From NCBI GenBank assembly GCA_051294905.1, contig CM119381.1, forward strand, positions 25,668,001 through 25,732,000: a stretch of 64,000 nt of DNA, read 5' to 3'. A program made the position numbers and the translations under genes. The notes below the pieces were generated by a model, which was given only the letters and a program-made list of their open reading frames with translations, did no database searches and was not told the DNA's origin. The DNA comes from Botryllus schlosseri (lineage: Eukaryota). Positions 24,753-36,741 of this stretch are shown one piece after another; within the stretch, counting starts at the first letter, position 1; the number at the start of each line of letters is the position of its first letter.

Positions 24753-25349
24753 ATGTCTGAATGGCAATCAATAGTGGCTACCGGGGTGACGCAGAATTCA
24801 TATGGCTCGTTCAGACGCTCCGGCCGCAAGCCAGCTCAAGCCATGGCGCAGCATTTTGTGGATTCAGCTGATACTCTGCAGGGGATTTCGTTGAAGTATA
24901 ACGTTAACATGGAAGATCTGCGGAGGATCAATAAACTGCATTACACGGATTCGATACAGTCGCGCCAGTTTTTAAACATTCCGATCTTGAAAGACTCGGA
25001 CATGGCCAAAACTATACCTGCACCATCGAATAAGCCTGATAAAATACCCGACAGAAATTGTAACGGAGCTGTACATGGGACAGATAAGAAAGTTGAGAAG
25101 AGTTCAGGTGCAGGCCGAGAATCAGAATCTACCGTCCATGATTTCTTACGAAAACTCGATATGCAAATAAGCTCGACAAAACAGATAGCATCGACGATGC
25201 TGTCTGAGAATGATTACAAACTTCCGAATAGCGGTCAGGCCTCTACGGCCCGATACATGGAGAAAGGGGAGTTTGAGGATTCCGTCCGCACCGCGTTTTC
25301 AAACTCTAATTCTTATCATAATTCTACTGATGAACATTTTAAACTTTGA
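24753..25349 (+). CDS. LysM domain-containing protein (LYSMD1/2-like), intronless CDS, 198 aa
   Basis: LysM motif HFVDSADTLQGISLKYNVNMEDLRRINKL...LNIP, an N-terminal SYGS and a downstream DFLRKLD.QI segment, as recalled for LYSMD1/2. Confidence 0.85.
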   Translation: MSEWQSIVATGVTQNSYGSFRRSGRKPAQAMAQHFVDSADTLQGISLKYNVNMEDLRRINKLHYTDSIQSRQFLNIPILKDSDMAKTIPAPSNKPDKIPDRNCNGAVHGTDKKVEKSSGAGRESESTVHDFLRKLDMQISSTKQIASTMLSENDYKLPNSGQASTARYMEKGEFEDSVRTAFSNSNSYHNSTDEHFKL

Positions 25350-26556
25350 CCAAACGGGTCTGTAATGAAACTGTGATCTTACTCTGTAGTGAATTTTATG
25401 CATTTCGCCCATCCTTATTGGCTTCTATGATATGATGTAGCAGCCTTCAGCGATTTTCTGCCTGTTAGGGAATGGTTTATTAGCGTATACCCTTTTTGAT
25501 CATGCTTATTTATTCTTCAATTGATTAATTCAATTGGCTAGTGGGGCATTCTTCTTAATACGCAGCTCAGAGGTACTGTTAGTTACTTGGCCATACAATC
25601 CTGATATGCCGTTAAAAAGATATCACCGCAAAATTTCATATCCAGCTCAACGATGGTCATCCTACATAGTATGACAATTTTAGCATATTTATATAATCAT
25701 GCTCTACTACCTAAAATCTGTTTGCACATTTGAGCTGCACGGTACTGATGTAATCATACACAACAGGCTAATCTAGAACTAACATTTAGTTTAGGTATCA
25801 TGAATGTTTGTTAGCTAATGTCTAAAGGGCCTAATCCAAGGGTGTGTGCTTTGCTAGAAGTTATCAGTTTTAATATTGTCTCGTTTGGATCACTGAGCAC
25901 TTCACCGAATTTATAGTTGCTTTGTGAACTTACTTTATTAATGCTTCATATTTTGCCAACACCGGAACTTGTTCATTCCGAACATTGGTCTTATATAGCA
26001 GTAAGATTTCAGACCATCCTCACTCTTACACGGATGCCAATTATTGCTGACATTATTAACCCACTGTCCATAGGCAAGTTCCAGCAGTGTTTGCACGAGT
26101 AATTCAATGTGAAGCGACTTGAAGTAAATCATACTCTTCCTCCTATTTAGAAATTTTAGTCATCCTCAAGTTTTGACATCGTAATTCGGCTATACGGCTG
26201 ATGTTGCACATGGGACATATCAATAACATTCATGAATACTATATTCCTCTTAATCTTTTAGTCATTATCTCAGGCTTCCTGATTTTATATCTATTCTAGC
26301 TACCAGCCCATTTCTTGCGAGCAGGATTCTGAAAGTCAAATATTGTATAATGATATGTGAAGCCATTTTTGAGGCTATGTCAAATGCTCACTTTTGAGCA
26401 CTTGATCGTTGTAGATATATTTTGAGACTCCTGTCAATTGCACCGCTAAAATGGATACCAAGCTCGAAAAGAGTTTTTTCAATGGTGATTTGATATTAAT
26501 TCATGTATAAAATGTTTTGACAATTTGAAAATGAGTAGAAATTTGTGTACGTTACA

Positions 26557-26965
26557 TCGGGTTACCATAATTCCTTATTTTGAGATCCATAAAAGAGACA
26601 TTTTTAAATTACAAAAGTTATGCTAGGGTTAAAAATTTTACGGGAAATTGTTTTGTGTTGACTAAAAAAAGGCCATTTTTTCAACTAGACTTATTAAAGG
26701 CCCGCTCTACCGTAAACTGATTTATTGTCAACCTTTTTATTAGTCAACCTTGCCATCGCTGTCGTCAAGATCCAGATTTCCCGTCATTCATGGCGTTTTT
26801 TCGTTGTCCCTGTATAATCACTGGGCTGTCAGCTATAAAGGCAGCTATAAAGGAGGTCGATTTGCCGAAAAGGAGGACACTTGGGCCGTTGGGCGTTCTC
26901 AGAGGACATTTCCGATTTCTTGAAAAAGAAGGCCAAATCCTAAATAAGGACGTATGGAAACCCTA
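26557..26965. mobile_element. hAT-type MITE
   Basis: Termini tcgggttaccata/tatggaaacccta. TSD acgttaca/acggtaca (1 mismatch). Confidence 0.7.
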
Positions 26966-27727
26966 ACGGTACACCGTGGCTCCATCTCCTGTAAATTCTA
27001 AGTTCCAATCCAATACATTATGACGATGTTCTTAAGAATTAGTGTTTGGAACACTCTCTCTGTATTCCGACTTCATTTTCGAACTTCCCTGATTTAGTGT
27101 GTTGAACTGTCTTCTGTACATTTGAATTTTTCTGATTACTATTTGTAGGTAGGTAACTAGCTGTCAACCATTGTAGTCTGTACTTGGTGAAACTCATAGT
27201 TAATGTGAAACTCGTTTTGTCACGTGAATTGTTTTGTTTATCGTGGGACTTTACTCGGCTGGTGTAATATGTTGTGTGCCATTGTCGATTTGGTTACACT
27301 GTGTGCTGTGACGTGGCAAGTGTTCAGTAATCATACGCGCATATATCTTCGCAGCACCCACTTTTCTTTTATAATGCCGCATTTTCATAGTAATGATGTC
27401 CGATGAAAGTGAAACGATTTTCGTGCACGTGTCAAAGTAATGCATGTCAACACTACGTTATTATTACAGTACACTGTAACTGTGAGTATATTTTCACCAG
27501 GTATATCCTCATATGTATATTAGAGATATATAGACTATGGTTTAGTTTGTAGTTTCCGTTGCACACGCTGAACGAGATGTGGAAATGAGTTTGTGATCCA
27601 TTTCCTACTCCAGGAAAAGCTCACACGATTCTCTGGCCGTATTTTGACTCAAGTCTTTCTGCATCAAATTTATGTGGTTCATGCTTTTGCTGTTTAACTG
27701 TAAATTGGACTGCGGAAGAAAGTAGGA

Positions 27728-30700
27728 ATGTCTGCTGCAAGATTGGAAAATCTTTCAATGAAGTCGCCCGCTCAAATTCAAATTGTGCGGACTGCCATAC
27801 CGTGTCCAGATGTGCCTAGAGAAGTTGGTGATGGAATGGAGATGGAAGATACGGGCTTCGTTAAGCATTCGGTCGGTAACCCCGCCTCGCCGCCGCGTAT
27901 CGTAGAATCGAGAGCTTCTAGCGGTTATTCCACTCCTGTGGTGCTGATATCCAATCAGAAACCAGTGCAAATGCCGCTGAGTCAAAGGTCAGACGATGCG
28001 TTGTCGCTGAGGGATTCGATACCAAGCCCCACCCCTTCCGACCCGCTTTTTATGAGGAACGACAAGTTTTTGGTCGAGGAAAAAGCGGCGCTCAAGGATC
28101 ATTTGCGGATACAAGTGCAGGTACTGTTGTTTGAATTGCCGACTTGAAGGTGCCAGAATGTTATGTTTTCAAAATTATAAATCAAACGGATTATCTGATT
28201 GCTTTTCAAGCGGCTTAGGTACATCTTAAACCAGAGGTTCCAAGCCTTAACACTGTGGTCCGCGTTCAAAACCTTGAAAAATCATTACCCCAACATTGTT
28301 TCGGCTTTTATTGACTCACGAGTCTCAGAACTGTTGAACATAAAACACGTTGTGGCTTGCACACGCCATTGTCACGTAGATATGTAGAGCCAAGCTCATG
28401 GTCATTTTCGTCATACTTCCTTCTTCTAGCAGGGGTAGCCTTTGTGCGAGTTGTATCATATTCAGGGCAATTTTTTTTTGACATGTCTAAAAAAGTCAAA
28501 ATTGTAAACGAGTTGACTTTTTTTACAACCTACATTTCGTTTGTATCGTAGATTTTGCACGGTCGGGGAACTTATCTTTTGACATTTTACAGCTTGTTGC
28601 CTACTTTATAGGCCTATCATTGTAGACGGCCCATTGCCATTGTCTGCTCATTGTGAATCATAAACATTCAAATAAAACAAATAGGTTGACATGGTGTTAT
28701 CGTTATGCTCAACGTACCGCAATATCCTAACTGAAGCAAGACTGCGTGGGCATTGCATGGTTCTTACATCAAGAAGCGCGTTATGAAAAATTGAGATGTA
28801 GACACCATTGTCAGAATGAAGCAACACGGTTTGTCACCGGCAGCGTACGCACAACTTCAGTGTTTTCAGCCAACAACTGCTGCTGTTAAATGTTCTTTCT
28901 CCATTCTTGGCAAGCTTCTTAGTAAGGACAGACACTTCCTACCCGAGAATGTATGAAAGTTTCTTTCGTTGTACTACAACAGACTTTGATTATTTCTACC
29001 ATAGAGGTGATGTAACTACTGGAATTCTTCATAGGGCCAGATTTGTTAAAATCAACTTTTTTCATGAATCAATTTGTCAGTTATTGGGTCATAAAAGTTT
29101 TTTCAGGCCGAACTACTTCGGAAGGACCAAGAGTTTATACCAGAAATTATGATAAGTAGTACAATTCTAACATGTAGGAAAACACCTAATTTGCATTTTG
29201 CATACTTTAGGTCAAAATAGCCCTAATCATAGTATTCAAAGTAAAAAAGGAAAGAAATCTTGGGATATAAAAGCTGACTTAGCAGTCCTATTTTTAATAA
29301 ATTTAAATCTAATATATGTATTTTGTAAAGTGGAGTGCGCTTGAAGATGATAATTTTTTTTCATGACCCACAGGTTCGTAAACCCTCGTCTCGAACCATG
29401 CATTTTCTTATTCTGCTTGACTACAATCAGCCGATCCTCGACTATCTCTCATGAGAAACGGCAGACACCTTTTCAGTAGCCTAACATGTCAATACAGATG
29501 GTCGGTAACTCCAAATCTCGAGAATTTTCCCGTTTAGTTTCCATTCAGGGATACCGTATGTCCTTAACGGCGCCATTGATACAATTTAGTAAATTGGCTG
29601 TCCGACGTTTAGTTGCCTTGCGAGCTTGATGTTTTTTCTGAGGGATATTCATTTCGCCACCATGATTACGCCACTAACTGGGGTAGTGCCGAGATTCGCA
29701 TGTTTCATGATGAATATGCTTCAAGGTTGTTATTTTATGGTAACGTGTCGTATTGTCAGGTCAATCAAGAATTGAAACGCCTTCTCGTCGCTTCAATAGG
29801 CGAGGATATGGGTTATCACTACGAACGTCTCGCAACGGAAAAGGCTCAAATAGAAATCGAGAATGAGGATTTGAAGAAAAAGTTGATGACGCAGGTAGAC
29901 TTTGCTTTGTCGTGTTAGTTTCCCACATAATGATTATTGATTAACCACATCAATGTACAGAAATATCACTATCAGACTGTGAACATGACATTGTACAGAA
30001 GGCCCGTTTATTCTTGAAAGTTTAATATTTGCATTTTTTTAGTCCTAAAATACGATCATAGTCTGTGCTTACCCTATGGGTCGTTGTTCTTCGATATGGC
30101 TTATCACTGGGCTAACGATCGGTTCTGTTATTTTCATCTGCTCGAGACACAATGTTCGATGCAATATGTAAGACACAATGCGATATAGTGAACTCGGGGC
30201 AGGATGTCGAAATCGAAACAACAAAGGTTGTATATCAATCGATCAACATCCGCCTCGGCCTACTGGTTGAATAGAGCTTGATACAATGATGCAAACAAAA
30301 CTATATTTTTAGTTGGTGAATTAACTCTTAGCGGTAAAGAGCTTATAATGTCAGTACTGGTACTCAAACTCGTGTTAAATCATGTATCACCGTTCAAGAA
30401 TCGTCAGAATCAATACTCCAATCAGATACAAGCACTCTGATCATTGTGTATATCCGGGTTACTTCCAATATGAATATGCTATACAATTATGCTGGCATCT
30501 CCCGTATTTCTCACAGGAAGAAGAGACTGAACGTCTTAACATCTCTTGCGACGTTTGGAGAAGCAAATTCCTGGCCGGCCGCGTTCAATGCGACGAGCTC
30601 CAAGAAAGCGTAATCGCGGCGCAGCGCAGGCAGCGCGAAATGGAAACGGCCGTGCGGGCGTTGATCCGAGAACACCGGACGCGAACGGAACATCTCGACG

Positions 30701-32560
30701 AGATTCGCGATACCTTGAGCCATCTGCGCGACGCTCTGCAATGGGGAAAAGGTGCGATGTTGTTTGGGCGTGACGGCCTGTTCGCAATTGTGCAACATTA
30801 GACAATGAGCTTGGCATTTTTTAATACCGATTCGTGCGTCCTATTTGTGGTGAATCACGGGCAAGAGGAAATGCGGTCACAGCGCGCCTTTTGTCTAATT
30901 GCAATGACTATACATCAAGTACAGCGCTGGTGTTTCTGATACGCTGTACTCCCGGTTCTATCGAAGTACGGTATGACAGATGATTTATGGAAAAAATGTA
31001 ATTTTACAAATCCCGATTCTGTAAACTTGACACACTACTTGAGTGATTCCTAAGCTTTACTAACCTGACGAACCCTTACGAGGCCGTTCACACTTTCATT
31101 TGTAGAACTTCTTGTAGGTACAGAACTTCAATATACAATTGTATGGTATATCATATTGAAATGAACCCAAATATTTGTGTGCCTTGTAGTCTACGTTGTA
31201 TCAACATACGCCAACAAAGTCTATGCCAACAGAATGAGTTCTAAAAATAGTACATTAAGCTTAACCGATCTCTTCTCGTTATATTTGGTGATACAGTTGT
31301 TGACATACAATGTTCTTTCCGATTCTCTACTAGTTGTTGACGACTGGGCCTTGAGTGTCAGCCCAAAATCAGTGTTGTAACCAAGTCACGAGGCTCCGAG
31401 TCGCAAGTCAATCTCACTTTTATAGTTTTGACTTGAGTCACGTCGAGTCATTTTCAATTGACCACCGAGTCAAGTCCAAGTCGGCGAGCAGAGGGTCGAG
31501 TCCGAGTCATGGTATTATGACTCGAGTACGAGTCCCAAGTCATTGTGTTGACTGATCAGTTTCCAATTAAAGTCTGGAAAGCCCACTTTTTATAACTCTG
31601 TTTGGTGATATCGAATGGTTCGCATTCATAACATACCAATTTTCCTCACTTTTGGCAGTTTATGATCGCATTTTCAAGTACCAGTACCAATAGAAGAAAT
31701 TCCAACAGTGTGGTTACTTGAATATTCGAAATTACAATGAAATGTCGGTTTTGGCCGTCTGAGTCTCGTGTCATATGACTTGTCGAGTCATGCGCAATGA
31801 CTCGAGTCCAAGTCGAGTCAATACACAGATTGACTCGAGTTGAGTCATTTCCGTATTTTCAGAATGACTCGAGCGATCAGAAAATTGACTCGAGTCATTA
31901 CAACCCTGCCAAAAATATTCGGGTTCATGTAAATATGAATATATTATTCAATAATATGTTCTTATAGAAGCCTGGTTCGCAAAATTAACTGTGCATCAAC
32001 GGTGTTAGAAGAACAATACCATCATGAAACAACACAAAAAGAAGATAATTAATATTTACCGCAAATCGGTGTGACCTTCTGTATGACTCAGGTGTTTGTT
32101 TGGACCTCCAGCTTCCGAGTATGTACAACTGCAGTAATGATAAATTTATTTTGCAGGAAGCGGCCAAGTTGCGAAGCAAGACGAACCGAACGGCCCCGTC
32201 GATGAACAGTGTTTGAAATTGTCTCACACGATATCGTCTCGGTTATTAGGCTCGTTCCCGCCGGCCCAGTCGAAAAGTGCAGGCTACAAAAAGTACTTGC
32301 AATCTTGGAACAAAATCGCAGGGGAAATGTCAAGCTCCGGCGAGCCGGAGTACGAGGTTAAAGCTACGATGGCTGAAAAATATGTGACTCAACTTTTACA
32401 AGAAACCTATTCTGTTGCTGTGGGTACTGCGGTCGAGCTGAGGCTACAGGATAGAAGACAGTCTGGTACTGTGGCGGGACGCTTCCACGTTAACGCGAGG
32501 CACGATAATTTGACGCTGGCGTGTTGCGGTAGATGTACAGGAGATATCCATGTCGTATAA
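27728..32560 (+). CDS. BLZF1: Golgin-45 (basic leucine zipper nuclear factor 1), 4 coding exons
   Basis: Exons 27728-28120, 29760-29894, 30517-30751, 32157-32560. GDGME, QVNQELKRLLVASIGEDMGYHYERLATEK, CDVWRSKFLAGRV, LQWG and C-terminal GRFH..CCGRCTGDIHVV match recalled golgin-45. Confidence 0.93.
28463..29225 (+). mobile_element. Non-autonomous hAT derivative with decayed transposase C-terminal (dimerisation-like) coding remnant
   Basis: Termini cagggcaattttt/aaaatagcccta, TSD atcatatt/atcatagt. 28801-28988 reads DTIVRMKQHGLSPAAYAQLQCFQPTTAAVKCSFSILGKLLSKDRHFLPENV*KFLSLYYN. Second copy at 63637-64000. Confidence 0.75.
31245..31960 (+). repeat. Family B copy with degenerate hammerhead, split by a family A MITE
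   Basis: Family B sequence stops at gtcagcccaaaat (31369) and resumes as ccaaaaatattcgggtt (31909). Confidence 0.85.
31370..31908 (+). mobile_element. Full-length family A hAT MITE (TIR caGKgttgtaa, GACTCGAGTC-rich arms)
   Basis: cagtgttgtaa/ttacaaccctg. TSD cccaaaat/ccaaaaat (1 mismatch). Confidence 0.88.
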
Positions 32561-32723
32561 ATGATACTGTGCCCTTTTTGATGTCTAAATTTAAACCATG
32601 ACCAAAGAAGTGCGATTGTTTAGGTGCTGTTTGGTGCGTGATATGACGTTCCTGTTATTTATTGTTATTTCTTAGCGTGGAAGTGTGTGAGACCAATATA
32701 TTGACCACGACATCACTTGTGAC

Positions 32724-33336
32724 CAGACTTGGACAACTGTATAATTCTAATTGTCTAATTAGAGCAGGGGTTTCAAGCCTTTTTTAGACATGCCCCCCCT
32801 TTATGATAGTGAAAAATTTCGCGCCCCCCTTTACCGTCATATCACAAAATCCGACCGAGATTCCAGCAACCTCAACGGATTGTTTGATGGCAAGGAAGGT
32901 TATGACTGTTGATGAGAGAATTAAAAAATATGAAATTCGGTCTATATATAGAGAAACACGCGTGAATTGGAGGTAAATCGCGCAGAGTGGACCGCTTCTC
33001 CGCTTTCACGCCCCTCCAAGGGCGCAAAATGCATGTAATCTGATTATAGTCTAAAATGTGAAATGTTTTTTATGCTCTAACCTAAATTCTAATGAAATTT
33101 CTGGTTTTTCTGTAAATGCTACCGGAGAACTGTGTAGTACGAAACTAGCCAAGCTTGCTATAAAGACATTTTCTATTCTCATACCTATGGGAAAGAACTA
33201 TGAATTGAAATTAGCACAATGTCCTAGTTTTCCCGAATTCAGTAATTCTAATTCTAAAGTAGTTTGGAAAAAGCCTGCATCGCAATAATTCTAATATAAT
33301 TTTGAATAGCTGAAAATTACCTAGTTTCCAAGTCTG
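32724..33336. mobile_element. Family O MITE with a nested truncated family H element (~32765-33025)
   Basis: TIR cagacttggacaact/tagtttccaagtctg, flanks cttgtgac/cttctgtc (6 of 8). The inner part is similar to 40250-40561. Confidence 0.7.
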
Positions 33337-34782
33337 CTTCTGTCCACTCTGGATGGTGCTAGTGACAATGTAACACATATATAAGCTACTTAACAATGGC
33401 CATGATTCTTACTATTTATGCCTAGTTTTCTGTACATAGATACATATTATATAGACCTTACCGGTTGTGAAGCGCCGTACATTTCGAATTTGAAACGACT
33501 GCTGTGTGAATTTCTGTGCAATAAATCGAGTACACATTTTCGGATGACTTGGCTATCTTCGAATTGTTATGCAACTTGGAGCCACTGTGCGAGAATCGCG
33601 GCGTTGTGGTCGTCACACTGATTTGAAGAGAATTGATAGGTACGGAACTTGAAAATACAATTGGATAAAGTAGACTCGAATGTTTACGGCTGGCAATCGT
33701 CAGCAACTACTATATAGGCTTACCATATTTTGGAAATCTAAAAAGAGGACACTTTTCCAGAAATTTGAGACTTGCAAAACCGGAGAAGAATTCTCAAAAA
33801 CCGGTGAATTTTTCCCACTTTGTGATCGGTTGACTAAAAAAAAGGTCAAAAATACCGCTTTTCTTCCCGCATTGCTAGGTGGATGACTAAAAAAAAAGGT
33901 CATCTTTCCGCCCAGAGCTAAAATAACCGTTTTTCCCTCCGAAATACCCGCCGGAGCGTCAAAAGGAAAATACTAGTTCGCGGCACTCTAGTACCCTGAG
34001 TGGCGAGTAGGCTAGTTTGGTGATGAGCTATGTTGCATTGTAGCGCTGCTACACAAATACGTGAGGGGACTGCGGGCAACGAGCCCAGCCGATGTCGTCT
34101 TCGTAACCCCTTCCATAGTGTTGTAGTTTTACCCTAGGCTCCTCCTCGCCATCCGTCTGCGTAATCAGCGTCTGGAGTGGAAAGAGGCCGCGCTAAAGTT
34201 GGCATGTCAGGAAGTATAGGTCTGGTGTAAAATGGCCATGGAATGCTCGAGCAGTCCAATCGTCTCACCGGTTGAGAATCACTGTACTAGATAATTCAAA
34301 CGAATTTCGTACCCTTGCTTTTCGTCACGCCACGTACGTCGGAGCGTTGTTTTGAGCTTTGCTAACACACCGCTTGTATATCGCGTGCAAGGGCAGCCCA
34401 GCACAACTTCCCACGCAGGCTTTATCGACGATCATCAAGAGATTTAGCATCATATCTCGACTACGAGATCACTATCTGCTTGTGGCATAATATTCCCTCA
34501 AGATGAAAATAATGCTAATCCTCTAACAAGGCCTTAAAGGTCAACTGCATCTTCATAGACAACTTTGCGGAATCATGTTCAGTATTTGTTTTCATACCAA
34601 AATTACCGCCTTTCCGTGTTTCCACTCCATCGGAAATTGCCGTAATTTTGACTCAAAGTCCCAATATTGGTATGTTTACAGAAAAAGCAGAATGTGCATT
34701 GTGACGTCAAGTACATGACACATCTTCTCGCCACCGATCCCAGCGGCTGTTAGTGTTCTCGCAGTTTTTATTCTAGTCAGTT

Positions 34783-35313
34783 ATGGCCGAAGTTTCCATT
34801 GTAACGGATTCGCCATAATTGATATTGAAACTGAGTCCGAGTACTCGGATGTCGAATGTAAGTATCATTTTTGCACTTACTTACACAATTAACGTTCAAA
34901 TGCGGATACTGGATGGATATTGCCAGCTTATGTCATCTATAAGGGAAAGTTTATGCTGTAAGGAGGTTCCGAGAGTTACTGACAGAATAAAAGAAATTGT
35001 ATCACAGGATTCAATTCAGTGTGTCTGGACGTTGACGTATTGGAGATATAATAACATCAAGTTCGATGCAGGAGCGAAACGGGGCTCTGTTTCGGTTGCC
35101 AAGTACTTTTCTCGCACTATTACACTTATTTTTGCTTTTCAGGAAGCTGAGACATACTGTCTACAGAAATTTTGTTCGCTGGGTATGGGGATTCTGTGGC
35201 AAAAACTAGTGGACAATCCTGCCTGACTGCCTCCATGCGTTGCTACTGCTGTCCGAACAACATTTACGTCAAGTTCTTACAAAGGATCCCAGTTCAGTAA
35301 TGCCACATTGTGA
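34783..35313 (+). pseudogene. Decayed KolX / P2X7 C-terminal ballast-like gene of the Kolobok element
   Basis: GYCQLMSSIRESLCCKEVP, then after the acceptor at 35142 RKLRHTVYRNFVRWVWGFCGKN*(TAG 35207-09)..ILP..PCVATAVRTTF...YKG. Contains frameshifts and a stop. Confidence 0.72.
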
Positions 35314-35349
35314 ATGAACAGTTTTATTCCAAATAATAAACGCATATAA

Positions 35350-35660
35350 CTAATCGACCAAAATAATGGCTGTGTCAGGCAGAGAAGCATATCGGGATTT
35401 GTGTCGGGCAATAGCTTCCTCTCTGCTAAAGTTGATTATGCTGCTAGTCAGAGGTGGAACCGTCTCAGCGGAATCGCTCGACTCAACAGTTTCTGGTCCA
35501 GTTCTGATGAGTGCTTGCACTTCTTCGACAAGGTCATTGCAGTAATCTAGAACAGGCATAGATGTGACGAAATTTTTTGACGCAGTCAAATCAACGGCAG
35601 TTACCAAATGTTGAATTTTCAAGTATCTTGTGGACAGTAAATTCCCTGTTTTTGTAAATA
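35350..35660 (-). pseudogene. Out-of-frame C-terminal remnant of the Kolobok transposase (DDE core deleted)
   Basis: TKTG.L..RY.K...DYCNDLVEEV...PPLTS...REEAIARHKSRY resembles recalled C-termini of this transposase group. Confidence 0.55.
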
Positions 35661-36468
35661 ACTGTCTCCGACCTGACATCCAAAGCTTTTCAACTCAACT
35701 GAGGTGCCAACATCTTGAGAGGTGCGTATATGAGATTTACAATATTGTATCATCGATAATACTATACTCTTACTTTTGCTTCTAACATGACATGCAGACT
35801 TCCGTACTTGAACAGCTTTATCAGCATACGATTTGGGGCTTGGAAACAGATGTTCCTCATTCTGTGATCCACCTTCTGCTCCTTCTACATCATTTGTTTT
35901 TGAAGATGTGGCCTAAAGCGTTACAGTATTAGGATTGCTAGGGGCCCTAGGGCAAATTCTAGTTACACTCAAATTGTGAGAAAGTTGTACAATTGACTTA
36001 ATATTAACCGCTGACTCAACCGAAAGATCGGTTGCTTGTACTCTTGTAGCACTAATTGACACAATACATTTCCCTTACCTGATTTCGGACACTTTGTAGC
36101 TTCAGAAGAGCATTCCGTTGACATTTTCTTTTCACAATTTTACTGGCGCCTGAAAATAACGTGGGAACGGCAGTACGCCTGAGAGTTACCTGTGCTCGAT
36201 AGCCTAATTGCTTGTGTATCTCAGTTACTTCATTGAAACATGATGGTAAAAAGTGATCTGAGCATAAAAAAAACAGTTTGCCTTTCGTTGTATGGAAGTC
36301 CGCACGTTTGGTCTTCACGGCGTTCGCCCAGGCGTAATACCTTGTCCGATCGGTGTTTGGGTTTGGACAGCGATGAAAAGACACTTTGGGTACCGAATAT
36401 TGCGTATTCGAACAACCATACGCGACACAAGATGTACCTCCGTGCCTCATCTTCTTCATACCTTCCAT
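35619..36468 (-). CDS. THAP-domain ORF, predicted spliced 207-aa truncated transposase
   Basis: C2CH THAP signature CVAYGC...W...LCSDHF...AVPTLF. Predicted exons 36079-36468, 35774-35912 and 35619-35713 with GT-AG ends. The stop arises near the deletion junction. Confidence 0.7.
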
Positions 36469-36741
36469 AATCGCACTCAAATCCAGTATCAGTATCAAAA
36501 TCAATCCTAACAGGAATAACTTTCTGTTTACCAGGACTTTTGCCGTGTCAGTTACATGACGTCATTTCATAGCTGAATGATTTCATATCCGTTTTTCGGC
36601 TTTTCGATTTATAATTTAAATTACTTGAAAACTATAAGGTATTTTCAATTTTCATTATTTTATTCATATTCCTAACCACATAATGTACGAAATAAGGCAA
36701 AGTCATTTTGAAGATGCAGTTGACCTTTAAGAACGACTCAG

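Larger units (their letters stand above)
34538..36726. mobile_element. Kolobok-type DNA transposon, internally deleted (2.19 kb)
   Basis: Perfect 18-bp TIR aggtcaactgcatcttca/tgaagatgcagttgacct, flanked by TTAA (34534-37, 36727-30). Two convergent gene remnants: THAP-transposase (-) and a Cys-rich accessory gene (+). Opposed AATAAA signals at 35323-28 (-) and 35335-40 (+). Confidence 0.85.

Noticed and set aside
31065-31095. Second hammerhead-like string cCTGACGAacccttacgaggccgttc
   Set aside because: No GAAA follows the putative stem II and no stem I partner is present; at best a decayed relic.
34534-36730. piggyBac or P-element assignment for the TTAA/THAP element
   Set aside because: piggyBac ends are typically CCY and lack THAP plus a convergent Cys-rich gene, and P elements make 8-bp TSDs. 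AGG termini, TTAA and two convergent genes fit Kolobok better.
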